Below, piece after piece: positions 55,801-64,000 of a stretch of 64,000 nt of DNA. A program made the translations under genes and the position numbers. Each line of letters starts with the position of its first letter. Position 1 is the first letter of the stretch. This stretch comes from the human T2T-CHM13v2.0 reference genome, Homo sapiens. The stretch lies in assembly GCF_009914755.1 (NCBI RefSeq), contig NC_060938.1. One strand, given 5' to 3'. Under the pieces are notes generated by a model that did no database searches, was not told where the DNA came from, and saw nothing but the letters and a program-made list of their open reading frames with translations.

Positions 55801-56839
55801 GGTGTGTAGTCCTTCTCTTTGTCCATATTGTTAACAATAAAGTTAGTTCTCAAAGATGCACAAAACCTCACACCTGGGAACAGAGTCACTGTAAGGAAAT
55901 ACAACTTTTATCTAAGTTCATTTCTGTTTACCTTGGCTACCTCCCATTTTTCACACTCCAGAAAGAAAAGAAAATTCCCAATCAGGTTCTTGCCAGAACC
56001 CTAGTACAGGGCAGGAATGAGGACATGGGCAGTGCCAGGGCAAATTTTTGGCTCCATGGTTGCAACTTGGCAGCATCGCCTTCCAAACAAGAAACAATTG
56101 CATAAACTTATATGGTTTCAAAAGGTTTAAATGTTTGCCAGGCGTGAAAGGGAGAAAAAAAAATCATTTCACAGAATTCCAGCTCAGCGGTTCTAAAAAT
56201 GATGAACCTTCTAGCTTCCAACTATCTGAGACCCCTGCCCTCTAAAATTTCCTGCCACATTTCTTGGGACCTCCTACATTCTCAGGAACCCTGGTGGCAA
56301 TTGTTTTGCCTAAACCATGTCTAAAGAGTCCTTGGAGACTGTTATAACCACCCAAGTCCTCTCTTCCACTAGGAAGCCACCTCTCACTCTCCCATCTTAA
56401 GGGATACCCCCTTAAGATACCAACCTAATGGGGGTATCTAATGCCTGGCTCTGCCTCCTTCCTCCTACCTGAGGATTGCCTTCCATTTGGAAGGCCTGAG
56501 CCATAAGCCATGCAGACCAAGCATTTCTGAGCTTCTCGTGGTCTCTTCATTAGAGGATTTATGGAGCTGGATTCACTCCGAATATCCTATTATGTTCCTC
56601 AAGAATTTTGGTATCCAACAGGGAAGGGAGAAGATTGGAATTCACCTACTTGGCCCCAGAGCACCTCTTCCTCTTAGACAGCTGGGTAGAAAACATCTTG
56701 CCACAATGACTGAAGCCTGAGGTGGCCAAGGATAGGGTTTGTGAATGCCACACAGCCTGGCAGCACTGGCTGAAAGTGCTCTGTCTCGCCTATAAGTGGA
56801 GTGATCGAGACACACTTGGAGATCCATGGAATACTTTTT

Positions 56840-57690
56840 CTTACTATTTACTTGCTTATTTATACCTACTGCTCTGTGTTCTGAAAAGGATATGAGATAG
56901 ACTCAAAAATAAATACAGTAAATCATGCTAAAATAATAAGAGGCAGTGAGGGTCGAGTATTTAAAAAAGAGTATAAAAACGATAGAAAGCCAGGGGAAAG
57001 ATTAGCACAGAGAAATACAGGCTATGAAGTTTGCACAGCTCCTAGAGGTGGGCTACAAATGTGGCTGTGAGCTTGTGAGCAGCCAAACAAAGGAAAATAT
57101 GACATGATTCATAGTGTCTATTATATAAAAATAACACAGTTGCTATCAAGAGACCAGGCCTTTCCTAGTACTGAGATCAGAGAGGAATGTCTCCCCGGGG
57201 TCCACATCAAGAGAACATTGTGTGCTGCACCTGAGACAAATAGAGCAAATTTCATGTGACTTTGCTTCCCAACTTCTGTCAGTCTAGAGGATGACACAAC
57301 AGCAAAGCACAGCTCAATGGTTTTGCACAGCTGTCCAAAATCATTCTTGAGAAGAAAAAGTAGTAAATAAAATTCTTAAAAAATCTCCTGGGAGGGTAAA
57401 ATAAGATGCTCAAATTATCCAGCTCTCTTGTGGTCTCAACTGATCCTATTGGAAAATGTTTAAATATCTGGAGAAATGAGCAATATGGAAACTCTTCAAG
57501 CCATTCTGTTCTTCAAGCCTTCAAGCTACACTATTTCTTTCAGCTGTGAGCATTTGGTAAGAGTTGGGCGACAGAAAGTTTGAGATTATATTTTCAGCAA
57601 AAACCTGAGAAGCCAATAGTCGCTCATTAAGAACAGAGCGATAAATTTTGGCTATCAACTAAGCTGAGGTGAGAGTTGGGGGGAGGATCA
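56840..57690 (-). mobile_element. Ancient LINE (L4/RTE-like) fragment
   Basis: ttatttatacctact...ttctgaaaaggatatgagatagact resembles the recalled L4 3' end. Confidence 0.4.
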
Positions 57691-60454
57691 AGTCACCCTA
57701 TTTAAAAAAAAAAAAAAAAAAAGAATGAGAAGAGTGTTTTCTATGATATGAGGTAGACCAGCTGGCCATAAGTAGGTAAGCCAAGCAACTGTGGCAACCC
57801 AGGACCAAGGTAATTGTGAATTAGATCTCTATATCTTTAAACTTAAGATCTAAAATCCTTGGTTAATCCCAGCTCCAACCAAGCAGATAATACTTTCCAT
57901 TTTTCATGGATATATTTTAAGAATGACTGTATTTTAATTATAGGCAAGATGATATTTCAGGACATTTAAGGAAAGATATCTATAGCTCTTAACATCTATT
58001 CAGGGGAATTTCAAAGTATTTTAGGTTCGTTTAGTATGAAAGTATTGAAGGTGCTATGTAAATGTAGGTTATTATTACAATTTAATGACATTCCCCTCAA
58101 GCAAAAATTGCTAAAATTTACAAAGTGCGGAAAGAAGCGCATCTACTTCCTATTTTTCAGGGGTAATTAATTAACAAGCACATAAACAATTTACTTAGCC
58201 ACAGGAAATTAAAGTAATAATAATAAACATATGGGCCTAGAAATCCAATTACAGAAGGTCTCTTATTTGCCCCAATGCAGGGAAGAAATACAGAACTAAT
58301 ACCCCCAAACCGCCACACCTCCTGCCCCATGCTTTCTTCCTCCACAGGCACAACACACACCAAAGAGAGGAGTGCAGACTCTATTGGGGTTGATACTTCC
58401 CTCTAACATAAGACACCCATGAATAAAATCTATGTTGAACTACGAATTCAACCCTACCAGAAATGTGCTCTGTCTGTGAATCTACTGAAACGAAACCGCA
58501 CATACTGCACACTGGCCATTCTCTGCCATCCCTGCAAATGGTACAAGAGACCAGTAACCCAATGGCACCAGAGGAGGTTAAATTAATCCCCCAGTTTTTT
58601 TAATGTAGCAACTTGTATTTGACTTTGGAATGCAGTCGTTTTATAGTTTAGAATTGTTTTATCCTAGATAAAGCATGTAACTGGGAGAGACAAACTAGAA
58701 TGACAATAAACAGAGCAAAATAGTCCAGTCTTCCATGAACCATTTGCCATAGTTAATCTACATAGTGGGTAATCAACCTTCATAGAAAATGGATAGCTGT
58801 CTCGGTTTAAAAGCCCAGGCAAGTTTATACTAAGGTGGGCAATCATATAGGTATGAATGGAAGACAGTTACATACAATTCCATTTGAGTTTGTCTCTAAA
58901 ATTGTAATGGCTTTCTCCAAGTCCAGTCTCTCAAATGTGCTCCTCGCTGGTAACATTTTTCCCTCTATTTTGAATGTGTCTATAATAACTGGAGCTGGTT
59001 TAGTGGTCACCACATTAATCCAAGAATAAGAAATGAAAAAAAAAAGATTCATTTCCTATTCTACAATTTTAAATACAAATTAACAAAAAATAAAAGCCCC
59101 TCTAAATCTCCCTTATGGGTTTTCATGGTTCAGAAATACGCAGAGCACTTGGAAGCAATAAAAGAAATAACCTAAGAAAATTAAGCAAAATGAATTTGCA
59201 ATTAGTTTGTGAAATTGCGATAAATGCATTTTGAAAGCAAAGAGTAAAATGTAACTTTCTTCAGTATAATTTGAAATTGCCTTTTGTGCTTAATATAGTT
59301 CACTTATAATTAGATGAAGATTTTGTTCTGGTTTGAAACATTCAAAGTTCCATCTTGAGATTGCTATGTACTATGTACACAGAACTTTTCAACAAGAAAG
59401 TCTGCTGCTGCCGCTGCCGCGTTTGCTTTGACAGCCTTTATCCCAGTTTTATAGAAATGAAAGAGTGAAAGAACACAGCTGGTTTGAACAATGGAGCATG
59501 TTCAACATTAGGCCAAACATTTAGATATTGCAAAATATTGCAGGCTATATTTATAGCTCTTAGCAGGTTTTTGAAATTCATGCTGATACTGCCTTACTCC
59601 TGCTTATTGGACCAAATTGCCATTTGATGATTAAATTATCTTTTGGTGTTTTTTTTTTTTTTAGTTTCTTTCAAAGGTAATGGCACTTAGACTAACCTCT
59701 TGGCACTATCAAAACTGTGATAACTTGAAACCCTTTCTAAAGTATTTCAAGATGTTTTAAAAATTCAAGATCCTTCCAGTTACTGAGACAGTTTAAAAGA
59801 CTTTATGTTGATCTGCCTTATTTTTTCCCCGAAGAAAAGCAATATCCTGCCTCTGATGACCTCTCTCCCTGTCATAAGATTGCACACTGACTCATATGCC
59901 AGCACCTCCCAGAAAGCCAGCCAAGGGAACCCAGGGAACAGGTCTTCTGGTAATTGCCTATGTTCTGTTTAAACTTTCTCCTTCCGTGGCAGTTGTTTTC
60001 AATAGAATTCTCTTGTTTTTTAATAGAATTTTGTGACTTTGGGGAGTGCTTAGCAGATGCTCATGTTCTTTCACATTAATAACATAAGGAACAATAAAGA
60101 GAAGTGGGCAGTGGTTACAAGTTTAGCAACTATAAGCTGAGCCAGGCAAAGTTTTGCAGGACAATGGGATTTTTTCTCAAATGTCTGCATCCTTCAAGGG
60201 CTTGCTCCAATACTAGCCTATCCTTCCTGCCCACAGTGAATGGACCCTAGATTCCCACTGCATGTTTGTCTAACCCATTGTCATTTATCATCATTGCCAT
60301 TAGTGAGTTCTTTGAGTATGCATGCTTTGCCTCCTGACCAAATAATAACTATGATGAGAATGGCCATTTAATGCATATTATTATGTGCCAAGGGATATAT
60401 TATGTATTTTATATACATTTTCTAGAAGAGTGGTTAAAAACAAAAGCTTTGGTC

Positions 60455-60660
60455 TCTGTTCAGTTATGTATTGATGCAAAACAAACTACCCCAAAACTCA
60501 GTGGCCTGGTGTCTCTCACAATTTTGAGTATTGGGTGGGTGGTTCTCCTGGTCTTATTGGGGATCACTCAGTTGGCCTCAGTCATCTGACATTTGACTGG
60601 GGCTGCAGGGTCCAAAATAGTCTCATTCACACATATAGAAATGGGTGCTTGCTGTCAGGG
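60455..60660 (-). mobile_element. Old MLT1 LTR fragment within a MIR
   Basis: cagttatgtattgatgcaaaacaaactaccccaaaactcagtggc...gactggggctgcagggtccaaaatag. Confidence 0.65.
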
Positions 60661-61447
60661 GAAGATTTTCTGATTCAAAGCCTATGTTCTTTCTACCATA
60701 CTATGTAGAATTCTGCTATCAGAGGAGAGTTTTCTCATGGCTACATCCTATCAACCTTGGACAGTGGCTGCCATAAGCTGCCCAAGAGATATTTGTCAAG
60801 TGAAGGGTTGAGGGAAACTAACAAACTGCTCTTGTGAGTAAAATATTACATAATATTTTCAAACTGATACCAAAATATTCGTGCCGATTCTCCCTTGAAT
60901 AATAGGGCTTGGTAAAGCTAGGCCTCTTACCTTAGAGGAGCAGTCCATTCTTTCAGAACCACAGCAGAAAGGGTTCCCAGGACCCAGAGGCTTCCACGGA
61001 CAGCACTCTGTGCCTCTCAGATTTGCCTACATATGAGAATCACCTGGGAGCATTTAAAAAGCTCTTGCTTATTTCTTCTTAAATAAGAATCTCAGAGAAC
61101 AGGGTCAAGACTCCTAGACCTGTCAGCTTCCTTCAGGAGCCTCCAAGGCTGACCTGCCGTGTCAGTTGGATTAACACACCCTACAGAGACAGAGACTCAA
61201 GTTTGCAGTTTAAGTATCCACCCAAAGCATGAAACAAGTTGTGGTCTTACTATGCAAACCACAGAGAGCTGATCCACTGAATTGACTTGGGAATCATATC
61301 AGCAAGTCAAAGAGAAATTGGGTACCGCCATACACTAGGGGACAGGGGCAAGTGTCATAGATGAGCCATCAGCAGTGCTCTGACAGGAGCAGTCGCCAAC
61401 CTCAGAAACAGAAGAGAACCATCCAGCTGTCTGCTTCCCCTAAAATA

Positions 61448-61589
61448 CAGGTGGTCCTTGGCTTATGATGAGGTTGTCTGGACATAGCCCCATAGTGAGT
61501 CAAGGAGCGTACTGAATGTGTATTGCTTTTGTACCACCATGAAGTCGAAAAATCATTAAGTCTAACTGTCATAAGTCAGGGACCATCTG
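61448..61589. mobile_element. Tigger4/MER46-like MITE
   Basis: TA-flanked TIRs caggtggtccttggcttatga / tcataagtcagggaccatctg; 142 bp. Confidence 0.82.
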
Positions 61590-63479
61590 TACTTAAGTCT
61601 TAAACAAGAGGGACAATTGCCCAGCATCCTGAGCTCAGACAGTGGGTAGGAAAGTTTTACCAAACACACTGCTGACTTTCTTGAGCCTTTCAAAGATATG
61701 AAATGGTGCTTTGTAACAGTAAGTTGAAAGCTGACATGATGTTATTTCTTTGAAGACTTTGTGAATAGCTATGTTCTCTGCCTTTTTATTTCCCTACTAC
61801 CTAATACATAGAAAGTTCTTACTACTATTTTTTCTGCTGTGTTGAGAGACTCTTGTTTTCCACCATCACATTTTGACTTTCTTCCTCTGTGATCCTTAAC
61901 TTACTCCACCTACAGTATAGTCATTTGAACACTCGTCTAACTCCCAACCTACCCCTACTCTTTCCATTCTCAAATAAAGCACCTTGAGGGCAGGGCCTAT
62001 GTCTTTTTCATCTCAGAATCCTCCAAACTAACTGGCAAGGTGACTGGTACAATAAATTTAGTATTTGTTGAACTGAAGCCTTCTGAAAGTGTCCTTAAAA
62101 GCAACTCTGTGGGAATAAACATCGGAGTATAAGTAGAGATCTGATAGCGGAAGGTGAATAAAGTTTAAATTTCTCAGATGTGCATACCAGGCTCTTGGGC
62201 ATAATGAGGTTTTTGTTATCAGTGTGAGACAAGCAGCTAAAATGAGAACTTATTTCTTTAAAACTTGGTTGTTTATTGCTTCTTATTGTTCATTTGGGTA
62301 AATTTTGTTTCTCCTCTTGGTTGGCAAGCTCCTTTAATATGACCTATGCATCAAATTGATACTATGATAATATTATATATCATATTGCTAGAATATGATA
62401 TTACTCATGATACATGATATTATATTTGATGCATAGGACATATTAAACAATGTTTGATTAAAGAAGGGAATGTAGGTGACCAAAAAATCTAGGAAATATT
62501 GTTTTTTAATACATAAATTACAATAAGAGATCAGTTGATACTGTAGCACAGGGTTCTGGACTATAGTCTGCAAAGGTTGAAAAGAAGAAGACTGAAAAGA
62601 TGTATACTTATGGTTGTTCTGCTCTACAGTTTATTCAAAAAATTGATAGTGGTTTAAAAAACCTAGTTTATTCCACATTTATTCATTCCAAAAGTAAGGT
62701 CTTTAAACATTATCAGGGTTTACTCATCAGTGTTGATGCTGTTGTTCACATAAGAGCATCATTACGTCATTTACTCACTGACTGAGGGAATAACTTGGTT
62801 GAATTATTTTCCCTGTTTGATTTAAGTGAGGAAACTGCGCACACCATTTCTGTTTATTTTACGCACAAAGCCTAATAATATAGTTATTCTACAAAACATG
62901 AAATATTTTCAAGAATGTGTTTAAGATAAAAAAAAAGATCCTTATATGATAATCCATACTAAAACAGAGGTCAACACTGTCTTCTTCCTCCACAGCTCAA
63001 AATAAAGGAAAGATTCACTTTTATACAAACGTGACTTTACAAATGCTGCTCCCTTCGTTTCAGTTGTTTCTCAACCATTCTTTGCCACCTTTTCTGTGAA
63101 ATATTATCTGACTTTTACTTTCTACTCAAAAATAGCCCACTGTTTCCTCCATGGTCCCATAACATGTTTTACGTACTTTTATTATAGAACTTCATTAATG
63201 AACTTATCCATTCATTCAACAACTATAGTGTGGCTTACCATTTTTCAGCCATCATGTGTGGCATCAGGAATATGGTGAGAATCATGATGTCAGCTCATCC
63301 AATGATGGTGTGATTGTTTTTCTCTGTCTCTCCCATGCCATACACACCTTAAGTATGAAGAGGTAATCTGTTCAATCAACTGAATGAGCCAAGGGCAGAA
63401 GATAAAGCCCACAGCCTCGTCTAGGACGCCTCCACCTTCTCTTGTTGGAATCCTTTTTCTCCTTCTGCTCTAAAGTTAA

Positions 63480-64000
63480 CATTTCTGCTCCTTCCTCTAC
63501 TCCTCTCCTGTGACCATTCCTGATACAATCTCACTCATCATGCATAAAATAAAGCCCATTATTTTCTCTATTCAAACATTCACCATCTCCCCAGTTTCTC
63601 AAGACAAACCTGAAGTTCATCTTCAACTTCCATCTTTCCCTAGCCTCCTTACTAAACTACTATTGTGTTCACCCTCCTCTCTAGATTTCCACTGGCCCTA
63701 CTTTAGTTTTCTTTTCATCTGCCTGCACTATGTCCATACATCTTCATTGATCGTGCTGATTGTGATCTATCCCCACACCCATTCATTTTCTACTTCATGC
63801 CAGAGTTTTCTCTCTAAAATACGAATCACATAATTTATTTCTTACCACCCCTCTCCTCATTAAAAGTTACTGATGGCTTTTCATCACCTTCATAATCCAG
63901 TATGAAGAGATCCAGGCCACTCTCTTAGAGCACATAAGACTCTTCACGAGTTGGCCTCCCTTTTTGCCAAACTCTCTAAACTCACATTTTTCTCACTCCC
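63480..64000 (+). mobile_element. L2 fragment
   Basis: gccagagttttctctctaaaatacgaatcacata...gatggcttttcatcacctt...cacataagactcttcacgagttggcctc. Confidence 0.6.

Noticed and set aside
58486-58497. ISRE-like tgaaacgaaacc
   Set aside because: Single short motif without supporting context.
62377-62401. 10-bp AT-rich hairpin
   Set aside because: Expected by chance in low-complexity AT-rich sequence.

Overview
Primate (most likely human) non-coding euchromatic DNA, either intergenic or deep intronic. It is AT-rich, CpG-depleted and has no CpG island. I found no host protein-coding exon. The only ORFs with recognisable protein similarity are retroelement remnants (L1 ORF2, MaLR internal ORF, HERV-L pol). 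The window is a mosaic of interspersed repeats: an MST LTR retroelement, a 2.5-kb L1PA, old L1M/L2/MIR fragments, THE1/MLT/MER66 LTRs, several Alus, DNA-transposon MITEs and microsatellites. I see no evidence for a new gene system. The most notable signals are structural: (i) a 186-bp, ~90%-identical inverted repeat flanking a 1.8-kb spacer (23830-26000); (ii) an Alu split, part-inverted and interleaved with a duplicated flank (49628-50253); (iii) an L1 with an in-frame, microhomology-joined ~1.7-kb ORF2 deletion; (iv) a ~110-bp twin-primed L1; (v) two head-to-head Alus sharing one target site; (vi) a short polyadenylated retrocopy of an unidentified mRNA 3' end; (vii) a THE1D/HERV-L fusion. 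Repeat subfamily names come from recalled consensus sequences, not a database search, and boundaries of old elements are approximate.
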